The notes: a model not told the origin generated them from the letters alone. Counted from the first letter of the stretch, positions 1 through 7,688 are shown. The stretch is 10,030 bases of DNA from Promethearchaeota archaeon (GCA_004524535.1 SDNY01000129.1:1-10030), one strand, 5' to 3'. A program made the numbers and translations.

Positions 1-60
1 GGTATCATCCACTCTTGGGGAGTACCAAAAAAATTACTTGACTTGAGTGTCTCGCAATAA
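1..60 (+). CDS. Possible 3' end of an upstream gene (…GIIHSWGVPKKLLDLSVSQ*), partial
   Basis: Frame +1 is open from base 1 to TAA at 58-60, and this segment is more GC-rich than the intergenic DNA that follows. It would converge on the Isf gene. Too short to identify, and other frames cannot be excluded. Confidence 0.3.
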   Translation, partial: GIIHSWGVPKKLLDLSVSQ

Positions 61-130
61 CTAAAGTCTAGTAATTAAGCATTTTCAAAGAATTTTACTG
101 TTAGAGAAATAACATGTCAAAATAATAAGG

Positions 131-149
131 AAAAAAAAAATTAAAAAAA
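131..149 (-). terminator. Oligo-T (archaeal-type) terminator candidate for the Isf gene
   Basis: A10 (131-140) and A7 (143-149) on + read as T7 and T10 on the - strand, starting 6 nt past the stop at 155. Confidence 0.55.
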
Positions 150-154
150 TGAAT

Positions 155-748
155 TTAACTCTTAAGTTTTTGGAGCAAGAAAGCAAAATTCTTTCCTAAA
201 TTTTTAAATGTTTCAATTCCTTCCTTGTCTTTTTTGAAAGCTCCTGGATCCATTACATTAGGATTTACGCCTAAATTCCAATAGCTAGAACCGACAACAA
301 ACATTTCATTAATTAAGAAGAAGTAATTTATACTCGAGAATACATGAGTTGCTCCTGCTCGTCTGACAGCGACCACGGCTGCGCCAACTTTATGTTTTAG
401 AAGGTTCCCATTAACTTTACTTACAAGACCCGCTCTTTCGATTAAAGCTTTTATTGTAGTACACGTATCTGCGAAAAATGTTGGAGAGCCTAATATTATC
501 CCATCCGCTTCAAGTATTTTTTCAATATAATCATTCATATTATCAGTTTTGACGTTACATCTCTTATCTCGATTTTTTAAACATTGATAACAAGAGATAC
601 ATCCTTGGAGTTTATCCATACCAATCCAATTATAATCCACTTCAACTCCAGCGGCCTTCAATTCGTCCATAACAATATTTAAACATTGGTAAGTAACACC
701 TTCCTTCCTAGGACTTCCATTAAATACAACAACATTCATTTCTAACAT
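155..748 (-). CDS. Iron-sulfur flavoprotein (Isf) / flavodoxin-like NADPH-dependent FMN reductase family
   Basis: N-terminal FMN phosphate loop NGSPRKEGVT; compact cysteine motif CISCYQCLKNRDKRC (CX2CX2CX7C) typical of Isf; ADGIILGSPTFF; KALIER; AVRRAG; GSSYWN. Alternative start ATG at 739. Confidence 0.9.
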   Translation of the reverse strand: MLEMNVVVFNGSPRKEGVTYQCLNIVMDELKAAGVEVDYNWIGMDKLQGCISCYQCLKNRDKRCNVKTDNMNDYIEKILEADGIILGSPTFFADTCTTIKALIERAGLVSKVNGNLLKHKVGAAVVAVRRAGATHVFSSINYFFLINEMFVVGSSYWNLGVNPNVMDPGAFKKDKEGIETFKNLGKNFAFLLQKLKS

Positions 749-772
749 TCATTCCATTGTTTTAAGTTTTAA

Positions 773-800
773 TTTATAAAAACAATTTTATTGTTTATAA
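773..800. promoter_or_regulatory. Divergent promoter region: TATA-like boxes TTTATAAA (773-780) and TTTATAA (794-800) flanking an inverted repeat
   Basis: Each box lies about 25 nt from a start codon (ATG 748 on -, TTG 823 on +), consistent with leaderless transcripts. A further TTTATATA at 809-816 lies about 25 nt before ATG 838. The AT-rich background lowers specificity. Confidence 0.45.
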
Positions 801-822
801 GCTTTTTTTTTATATATAAAGA

Positions 823-2088
823 TTGGAATCAAGATTTATGGGAAATAATAGCAAAATTCAACCAGAACTACTTGTTCCAGCGCAAGATTGGAATACATTA
901 AAAATTATAAGAGGTTTAACGGACGCGGTTTATTTTGGAGTAGAAAATTATAATATGCGAGCAAAGGCTAGAAATTTTAAACAAGAAGAATTATTTGAAA
1001 TTTCTGAATATTGCCATAATTCAAAACCAAGAATTAATGCATACTTATGTACTAACATTCTAATTTATGACTCAGAATTACAAGATTTAGAATCTTTAAT
1101 TGCAGATGCTAAAGATGCTAATATCGATGCGATTATTGCACACGACCTTGCTTCGATTAAAATTGCTAAAAGACATAATATGAACTTTCACGTATCTACG
1201 CAAGCAAATATCTCTAATATTGAATCTGCTAAATTTTATGAAGATTTAGGAGCTGAAAGAATAGTTCTCGCTCGGGAGTTATCTCTCAAACAAATCGCCG
1301 AAATAAAGGCGCACTTAAAAAAAACAAAGATTGAATGTTTTGTCCATGGATCAATGTGTACCTCCATTTCCGGAAGATGCTATTTTTCAGCTACAATTAC
1401 CGATTCTGAGGAATATTCTGCTAATCGAGGAAATTGTATTCAGCCATGTAGAAGAGAATGGAGGCTTGTTGACGATGAAAATAACGAATTTATTTACGAT
1501 GGAAGGCTGTTTTTAAACGCAAAGGATCTTTGTATGATTGAATATATTCCGGAGTTAATAAATGCCAATATCGACGCATTTAAAATCGAAGGTCGGATGA
1601 AAGATCCTTTATATGTTAAGACTGTGACAGAATGCTATCGGGAAGCGATAGATTGTTATTTTAATGGAACCTACTCTGAAGACAAAGTTAAAAAGTGGTG
1701 GGAAAGTTTATCGAAAGTTTTTAATCGAGGGTTTCATACTGGTTTCTTTTTTCACAGACCCAACGTGGAAGATATTGAATTAGAGAAAAGAGGCAATGTT
1801 TCTCCTTACAAAAAACATTATATTGGTAAGATTTTATCTTTTCATAAAAAAAGCATGTCAGCTAATATTTTGGTTGAAAAAAGGGAATTCTTTTTAAAAG
1901 TAGGCGACCAAATTATAATTAGTGGAAAAGAATCATATAATATTGAAAACGTAAAAAAAATAATATTTAGAGGAGAAAAAGTCAAAAAAGTGATTAGAAG
2001 AATAAAAGATAATCCTCTTAGAATTAATCTCCCTCTAAATAAGGAGTATTCGTCGAACGATAAAATCTATATCGTTTCCAAGGTTTAA
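823..2088 (+). CDS. Peptidase U32 family protein (TrhP/RlhA-like Fe-S-dependent RNA hydroxylase family)
   Basis: ELLVPA, AVYFG, HVSTQANISN, RIVLARELSL, ECFVHGSMCTSISGRC…NRGNCIQPCR (four-Cys cluster motif CX6CX18CX3C), LNAKDLCMI, FKIEGRMK, and a basic beta-rich C-terminal domain. Start is either TTG 823 or ATG 838. Confidence 0.92.
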   Translation: MESRFMGNNSKIQPELLVPAQDWNTLKIIRGLTDAVYFGVENYNMRAKARNFKQEELFEISEYCHNSKPRINAYLCTNILIYDSELQDLESLIADAKDANIDAIIAHDLASIKIAKRHNMNFHVSTQANISNIESAKFYEDLGAERIVLARELSLKQIAEIKAHLKKTKIECFVHGSMCTSISGRCYFSATITDSEEYSANRGNCIQPCRREWRLVDDENNEFIYDGRLFLNAKDLCMIEYIPELINANIDAFKIEGRMKDPLYVKTVTECYREAIDCYFNGTYSEDKVKKWWESLSKVFNRGFHTGFFFHRPNVEDIELEKRGNVSPYKKHYIGKILSFHKKSMSANILVEKREFFLKVGDQIIISGKESYNIENVKKIIFRGEKVKKVIRRIKDNPLRINLPLNKEYSSNDKIYIVSKV

Positions 2089-2141
2089 ATCTAAATATTT
2101 TAATCTAAAATGTTCTAATTGGGTATAATTAAAGATAAAGC

Positions 2142-2831
2142 ATGAGTTTTAAGGAAAAAAGAAAAGATTTAGTTGAAAGCCTAATTAAAAGGAAAATTTT
2201 AACTAAAACAGAAGTAATTGATGCGATGCTTAAAGTCCCAAGAGAGAAATTTTTATCTGAAAAAGCGCAATCTTCAGCATATATGGACACTCCCTTATCA
2301 ATCGGATTAGGGCAGACTATTAGCGCCCCTCATATGAACGCCATGATGTGTGAATATCTTGAGCTTAAAGAAGGAGATAAAGTTTTAGAAATTGGAACAG
2401 GTTCAGGATATCACGCTGCTTTATGTGCTGAATTAGTAGCTCCAGAGAATTCTCAAAATCCGGGTCATGTTTTTACTATTGAGAGGCACGAGGAATTAGC
2501 AGAAAGAGCAGAAATAAGTCTCAAGGAAACGGGATATAATAGCTCTGTTACAGTTATACACGGAGATGGGACTTTAGGGTATAGTGAGGCTGCTCCTTAC
2601 GATAAGATATTAGTTACTGCTGCGTCACCAGAAAAAGTACCTCCCCCTTTGAAAAAGCAATTAAAAGATGGAGGCATTCTTTGTATACCTGCGGGTTCTA
2701 AAAGTTTTGGTCAAAATTTATATATAGTTAGAAGGGACGGAGAAAAATTTAAAAGTAAAAAGATCACAGGTGTTCGCTTTGTCCCTCTTATTGGAAAATT
2801 TGGATTTAACTCAAAATCAGAGAGTTTATGA
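2142..2831 (+). CDS. pcm: Protein-L-isoaspartate O-methyltransferase
   Basis: VPREKF, GQTISAPHM, SAM motif I VLEIGTGSGYHAA, GDGTLG, APYDKILVTAA, and C-terminal VRFVPLIG. Confidence 0.96.
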   Translation: MSFKEKRKDLVESLIKRKILTKTEVIDAMLKVPREKFLSEKAQSSAYMDTPLSIGLGQTISAPHMNAMMCEYLELKEGDKVLEIGTGSGYHAALCAELVAPENSQNPGHVFTIERHEELAERAEISLKETGYNSSVTVIHGDGTLGYSEAAPYDKILVTAASPEKVPPPLKKQLKDGGILCIPAGSKSFGQNLYIVRRDGEKFKSKKITGVRFVPLIGKFGFNSKSESL

Positions 2832-2987
2832 ATCAGATGGGTTAATATTTTTTCGTTTAATTAATTTCGCTCGCAGATTCCTTATTATTTCGTTTTTTTG
2901 AATGGTTTGACGGACATTTTTATTTGCAATAGGCCAGGGAACGCGTTTTTCGAAATTATTGTTCTTCATGAGAATTAATATTTTCAT
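2826..2987 (-). CDS. Putative small basic protein, 53 aa (MKILILMKNNNFEKRVPWPIANKNVRQTIQKNEIIRNLRAKLIKRKNINPSDS)
   Basis: Hand-translated: ATG at 2987 (alternative ATG 2969) to TAA at 2828-2826. It fills most of the pcm-GH57 gap, overlaps the pcm end by 6 nt, and has a TATA-like TTTATAAATA upstream (3033-3024). Shorter than any ORF in the supplied track. Confidence 0.5.
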   Translation of the reverse strand: MKILILMKNNNFEKRVPWPIANKNVRQTIQKNEIIRNLRAKLIKRKNINPSDS

Positions 2988-3092
2988 GTTTTATTAGTGC
3001 TTTAATATTTATTTTAGATTCAATATTTATAAAGATAGTTAAATCCGACAAAATTACATTATTGTAAAACAGTATATATCTTTATTTTTAGT

Positions 3093-3099
3093 AAAAAAA
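3093..3099 (-). terminator. Oligo-T terminator candidate for the GH57 gene
   Basis: A7 on + gives T7 on the - strand, 8 nt past the stop at 3107. Confidence 0.4.
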
Positions 3100-3106
3100 G
3101 GGTAAT

Positions 3107-5284
3107 TTATCCGATTTTAAGTTTAAGATTAATTACAAAATCTCTATCAAGTTTAAAAAGAGGGGCCAAATTAATTCCTTGATAAATACTATTATATCCT
3201 TCGTCAGTATGCACGTAAGCTATAATTGGGAATTTATTAATATTGATTATATCTGTATTACTTGAAAGTAATAGTTCGAAGTTTAAATCATAGGTTTCAT
3301 CATATGCTTTAAAATGAGATCCTTTATATTTACATGTGTCTAATAGTTTTTTTTCTTCACATTCTCCTAAATCTAATTGGTTACTCTCCCATTTGAATTT
3401 ATTCGTATCACCATTAAAAAAGAAGGGAATATCCACAACAACATGTAAATTATCTATAATTCTTTTTAAAGCAGCCTCTTTTTCATCAATTTCCTTAAAG
3501 CTACCATCAATTGAAATAAGAATATTATTATCTTCTATAACAACCTTCTTATTAATTATACAAGGAACCCTTTCATCTGAATCAGTATCTTTAACGCTTC
3601 CAACACGTTTCATCTCTAATATTGCGGTCTTTCCGTCTTTCTCGTTTTTGCTAACTTCAAAGGTGCCATCAATAAAATCTCCGAATTCATAATAATCTTC
3701 CTTTTTGAGTTGATCCAACGATACATCATCGTGTAAAAACCTCACTCGTAACATCGTCTTTCTGAATTGATCAAATATAACCTCCTCTTCTTTAACATTC
3801 TCCTTATCATGGTAAGCTTCGTGCCATCTTGTTAAAGTATTTAGCAAATTATAGGATTTTGGCTTATAATCTAGTTCAAAAAGAGTTCCCCCATCAGAGG
3901 GATTGAAATATAAATTTAATACATTGGATTCAACTACAATATCTAGTTTGCTATCCTTATTGAAATCCACAGGAATAATTGAGATAAATTCAATTGGCGT
4001 CTCAAAAATCTTTCTATTCATTTCGTCGATTATTTTTTCAGCATTTATTAAATGTGTATATACAGAAAATCTTAGGAACTGTAAATAAATTCCTCCAAAC
4101 ATTCCGTGCCAATAACAATCGTTGCATTGTGCTTTATAAATTTCGTCCCACGCCTTGTCTATTTTTCCTTTAATTTCTGAGTCAAGTGCTTTATCTGAGG
4201 TATCTTTTAACCGTTCTTCAATTAGAATTAATTTTTCTCTTACATAAAGCATTTTTTTGTGCATATTATTTGATTCTGGATATTTTACGAGAAAATATCG
4301 CCAAAATCCCCCCGATAAAAATTGATATGCTTCCTTCCACTTTTCATCTTTTTTAATATTCTTTCTAATTTTTTTATACTTCTTCCTGATGTGCGTTGGT
4401 AATACCCATTCTTCCATCTTATCGTAGCTTGCGGTAGGAATATACAATAAACTTTTCGCAGGATATTGGCTCATATATTCTGATAAGGTTATTGATTTTA
4501 TCCAGTTATTATTTACGATTTGTTCAAAAAAAGCTGGAATGAAGGGCTTCTGATTATCCCCATCCCAATGGCCCTGTCCCGGTACATAGCATATTTCATG
4601 AGTAGAGCCCCAAACACCCATCTTTTCAGCATCAGATATTAAAAGAGCAACTCTATCTCCATTTTCATCAGCAGCTTTTCTTAAGTAATCAATTGATAAA
4701 TATGTGGGTTTCCATGGAGTTAAATATCGCAGTTCTTCGTTAATTGGAAATATTCTTAAAGTCTTTCCTTCATCTTCGGTATTATAAGTATAGAAAGAAT
4801 CTTCTTCTGTTAATCCACAAGACCTTAGATGATTATCATCAACAATAACGTATTTTAATCCAACCTCGTTCAAAAAAGAAGGATAATTCGGTTCCCACAC
4901 TCTTTCAGATAACCAAGCACCTTTTACCTCTAAACCAAATTCTTTATATATTAGGTTAGATAATTTTTTCATTTGAGCAATTCGATCTCTATGTGGAATA
5001 ATCGCAAACATAGGCTCATAATATCCCCCGCCTATTATCTCAATTTGCCCTCGTTTAGCCATGGCTTTTAATTTATTAATAAATTCGGGTTTGTTTTCTA
5101 AAAACCACTCAAGTAAATTTCCGGAAAAATGAAGTGTTACTTTAACTTCTGGAAACTTATATATATTATCTATTAAGGGGCCATATGCTTTCTTATAACA
5201 ATCTTCGAAGACGTGAGAGAAATTATCGACGGGTTGATGAAAATGAAAGACTATAGGCAGATATATGGTCTTTTCCTCACTCAT
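3107..5284 (-). CDS. Glycoside hydrolase family 57, 4-alpha-glucanotransferase/alpha-amylase (Thermococcus/Dictyoglomus AmyA type) with C-terminal beta-sandwich
   Basis: All five GH57 conserved regions are present: HFHQP, EIIGGGYYEP, WLSERVWEP (E127 nucleophile), ISDAEKMGVW (D218 acid/base), AQCNDCYWHG. Also ASYDKMEEW, GGFWRYFLVKYPESNNMHKKM, NLLNTLTRWHEAYH, and C-terminal DEGYNSIYQG typical of the glucanotransferase subfamily. Confidence 0.93.
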   Translation of the reverse strand: MSEEKTIYLPIVFHFHQPVDNFSHVFEDCYKKAYGPLIDNIYKFPEVKVTLHFSGNLLEWFLENKPEFINKLKAMAKRGQIEIIGGGYYEPMFAIIPHRDRIAQMKKLSNLIYKEFGLEVKGAWLSERVWEPNYPSFLNEVGLKYVIVDDNHLRSCGLTEEDSFYTYNTEDEGKTLRIFPINEELRYLTPWKPTYLSIDYLRKAADENGDRVALLISDAEKMGVWGSTHEICYVPGQGHWDGDNQKPFIPAFFEQIVNNNWIKSITLSEYMSQYPAKSLLYIPTASYDKMEEWVLPTHIRKKYKKIRKNIKKDEKWKEAYQFLSGGFWRYFLVKYPESNNMHKKMLYVREKLILIEERLKDTSDKALDSEIKGKIDKAWDEIYKAQCNDCYWHGMFGGIYLQFLRFSVYTHLINAEKIIDEMNRKIFETPIEFISIIPVDFNKDSKLDIVVESNVLNLYFNPSDGGTLFELDYKPKSYNLLNTLTRWHEAYHDKENVKEEEVIFDQFRKTMLRVRFLHDDVSLDQLKKEDYYEFGDFIDGTFEVSKNEKDGKTAILEMKRVGSVKDTDSDERVPCIINKKVVIEDNNILISIDGSFKEIDEKEAALKRIIDNLHVVVDIPFFFNGDTNKFKWESNQLDLGECEEKKLLDTCKYKGSHFKAYDETYDLNFELLLSSNTDIININKFPIIAYVHTDEGYNSIYQGINLAPLFKLDRDFVINLKLKIG

Positions 5285-5501
5285 TTATTAACCATCTCTA
5301 ATTAGCTTAACCAATTGTCTGAATTAAGCAATATCTTTAATATTAAAACTATAAAATTATTTAAGTTTATAAAGAACAGTAAGATTTGGTAGAATTTAAG
5401 ATTTTAAATTATTGTTGATCTTAAAAATTATTGTAACAATTGGAAAATTAAAAAATAATAAGGATTAAAAATAAAAAAATTTATCTAATTCTTTAGAGAA
5501 C

Positions 5502-5978
5502 TTAATATCTTGTTCTTGTAGCTTGTATACGTATTTTGGCTTTGGTGTCTTCATCTTTGTCTTGTACAATTACATATCTTGTTTTCTCGGGCAGTTGGAT
5601 TTCGACTGTTTCTTTAGCTATTTCTTGATCTTTCTTTAAATGGTCTTTTTCTCGCAAAATGACATCTAAATTAACAGTAAGAGATTTTCCCTTTCTCACT
5701 GTTTTAAATTCACTCCAAATAGTCATATCTGCCTTACTGGTGAAGACCTGATTTTTAGCTAGTTTTATAACTCCTTTATGGGGGTATCTGGACTTGAGCA
5801 TCTTGTCGCCATCTACTCTAAGATAAAACTCTCCTACTCGACCAAGTGCATCATAATCTTTTCTAGTCTTTAATGAAAGTAAATCTAAGCTAATTTGAAA
5901 CCTCTCCTTTTCCTTTCCCACATTATCTTGGGTGAAGCTTTCATCTGTTGCATGAGTCTTTTTACCCTTTACATACAT
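5502..5978 (-). CDS. Hypothetical soluble beta-rich protein, possibly C2-domain-like
   Basis: 158-aa ORF with alternating hydrophobic beta-strand patterns and a strong SD (AGGTGA, 6002-5997) upstream. Acidic loop patterns DYDALGRVGEFY and ILREKDHLKKDQEI. The CDS is well supported; the fold call is tentative. The true start may be 5990. Confidence 0.75.
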   Translation of the reverse strand: MYVKGKKTHATDESFTQDNVGKEKERFQISLDLLSLKTRKDYDALGRVGEFYLRVDGDKMLKSRYPHKGVIKLAKNQVFTSKADMTIWSEFKTVRKGKSLTVNLDVILREKDHLKKDQEIAKETVEIQLPEKTRYVIVQDKDEDTKAKIRIQATRTRY

Positions 5979-5996
5979 TCGACGTGGAATTTTATA

Positions 5997-6002
5997 TCAC
6001 CT
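5997..6002 (-). promoter_or_regulatory. Shine-Dalgarno motif AGGTGA
   Basis: Match to the archaeal-type GGAGGTGA consensus in otherwise very AT-rich intergenic DNA, upstream of the 5502-5978 ORF. Confidence 0.6.
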
Positions 6003-6096
6003 TTTTTTTAATAATTCTAATAAAGTTTACAAATATATAGTTTAACAAAATTTAAGTATTTTTAATAACAACACCATATATTAAATAAAGAATACT

Positions 6097-7581
6097 ATGA
6101 TTAGGGGATACATTATAGTAGAAAATCAAGGGTTTAATAACGAAAGCGATTTAATACCGCTCAAGGAAAAGCTATCCTATTCCTTTGCGAATATGCCGGG
6201 CACCTTTTTTGGAAGTATGATGGGCGTGATTCAGTCGTTTTATTACGCTTGGATGGGTTTACAGTGGATGTGGATTACCATTGCGCAAATCATATACGCT
6301 ATTTGGAACGTCGTAAACGATCCTATCTTTGGCAACCGTATTAACAACACAAAATTTGTGAATAAAAAGGGAGAACTTCAAAGATACATTCCCTACATAA
6401 AGTATGGGGCTCCGATATTTAGTCTTGCTTTTGCATTTGTGTTTTTTCCACCCGATACGCTTCGGGGTAAATCAGATTTTTCATTTCAGTTTTGGCTTTT
6501 TGTATGGTATTTAGTGTCACAATTGGCTTATGACACCATGTTTACTATTGTGCTCTGTGCTTGGGTTGCTTTGCTACCACAAATGAGTTTAAATCAAAGA
6601 GAGCGTGAGAAAACTCAACTTTTATCTTCAATATTTGTATTCCCAGCAATTATAATTGGATTTGCGCTTCCAGTTGCTCTCTTATCGAATCCAACGCCTA
6701 ATTCCATTTTTATATTTCAAGTACTTGTAATAATTATTGCTATTTTCGGAGTTATTCCTTATTGGGTCGTTTCGAAATACGTATATGAGCGCCCTGAATT
6801 TAATCCAGAAGAATCGGTTGGGATCTTTAAATCCCTTAAATTGGCTTTTAAAAATCGATCTTATATCGTTTATCTTATTTATGATGGAGTTTCCGTTTTT
6901 ATAATCAACATAAACATGGTTACGCTCCCATTTTTTCTTTATTGGGTGCTAGAAAACTCACCTGGATTTAATGCACTTCTATTTTGGATTGGTCCTATAA
7001 TCAGTCTAATTATCGGTACAGTATTATCCTTAAAAATTGCGGAAAAAGCATCAACAAAATTTGCTATAACATTCTATCTTTCTTTAATTTCAATTGGATT
7101 TTTACTTTCGTTCTTGTTGGCACTAACAGGTAATTGGATTCTGGTGTCTATAGGATTTTGTATCGTCTTTTTCGCATATCCCGGGGATTTTATACATCAT
7201 AATCCTATGCGGGCTGATACAATTGATTATGATCAATGGAAAGTTTCGGGCGAAAGACGAGAAGGTCTTTATGCGGGTATCGGCCCTTTAATTTCAAAAC
7301 CAATGATTAGTGTTGCACTAGCCGTTCCTCCCATTATAATGACGGCATACGGTCTGACTTACGTTAAAGATAGCTTACAACCGACAATGGGGCTCGAAAT
7401 GGCACAATTAGGCTTGATTATTTCGATGGGTTTAATACCTGGTATTGTTGCACTCATCGGATTAATTATTTGGGTGCTGTTTTATCCCTTAAAAAAAGAC
7501 CTCGTAATCGAGATGAAAATGGAATTAGCTAAAATTAACGAAGAAATGAAAAAGAAGTATCAAGAAAAACAAAAAGCATAA
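6097..7581 (+). CDS. MFS transporter, glycoside-pentoside-hexuronide (GPH/MelB, MFS_2) family
   Basis: About 12 hydrophobic segments; EKLSYS at the N-terminus; IWNVVNDPIFG (MelB TM2 motif); YDTMFT…ALLPQMS…ER; ADTIDYDQWKVSGERREGLY; and C-terminal FYPL. Confidence 0.9.
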   Translation: MIRGYIIVENQGFNNESDLIPLKEKLSYSFANMPGTFFGSMMGVIQSFYYAWMGLQWMWITIAQIIYAIWNVVNDPIFGNRINNTKFVNKKGELQRYIPYIKYGAPIFSLAFAFVFFPPDTLRGKSDFSFQFWLFVWYLVSQLAYDTMFTIVLCAWVALLPQMSLNQREREKTQLLSSIFVFPAIIIGFALPVALLSNPTPNSIFIFQVLVIIIAIFGVIPYWVVSKYVYERPEFNPEESVGIFKSLKLAFKNRSYIVYLIYDGVSVFIININMVTLPFFLYWVLENSPGFNALLFWIGPIISLIIGTVLSLKIAEKASTKFAITFYLSLISIGFLLSFLLALTGNWILVSIGFCIVFFAYPGDFIHHNPMRADTIDYDQWKVSGERREGLYAGIGPLISKPMISVALAVPPIIMTAYGLTYVKDSLQPTMGLEMAQLGLIISMGLIPGIVALIGLIIWVLFYPLKKDLVIEMKMELAKINEEMKKKYQEKQKA

Positions 7582-7593
7582 TCTTACTTTCTC

Positions 7594-7613
7594 TTTTTTT
7601 CCCCTTTTTTTTT
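7594..7613 (+). terminator. Oligo-T terminator candidate after the MFS gene
   Basis: T7 (7594-7600), CCCC, then T9 (7605-7613) in a pyrimidine tract just downstream of the stop at 7581. Confidence 0.6.
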
Positions 7614-7688
7614 AAAAAAGTTCTATAATAGAGATAACCTATAATTATTTGTATAAAATTACTAATTATTAATAATAAACGCTAGTGA

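Noticed and set aside
749-757. In-frame TGA just upstream of the Isf start as a possible selenocysteine codon
   Set aside because: It would be residue 3 of a non-conserved extension, does not correspond to a Cys position, and no SECIS-like hairpin is visible downstream.
1331-1516. 61-aa + strand ORF
   Set aside because: Alternative frame lying wholly inside the conserved core of the U32 gene, with no recognisable motif.
3336-3692. 118-aa + strand ORF
   Set aside because: Antisense shadow of GH57. Its Ser/Phe/Leu/Ile-rich composition is what the reverse of Glu/Lys/Asp codons gives.
3903-4088. 61-aa + strand ORF
   Set aside because: Antisense shadow of GH57 with no independent signals.
5406-5440. 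Direct repeat AAATTATTGT (5406-5415, 5425-5434) and short palindrome ATTGTAACAAT upstream of GH57
   Set aside because: Short and almost entirely A/T, so not distinguishable from background without comparative data. Not CRISPR-like.
5995-6011. TATCAC as a Thermococcales TrmB-like (TGM, TATCAC-N5-GTGATA) sugar-regulon site
   Set aside because: Only one half-site is present, and it is better explained as the reverse complement of the SD motif.
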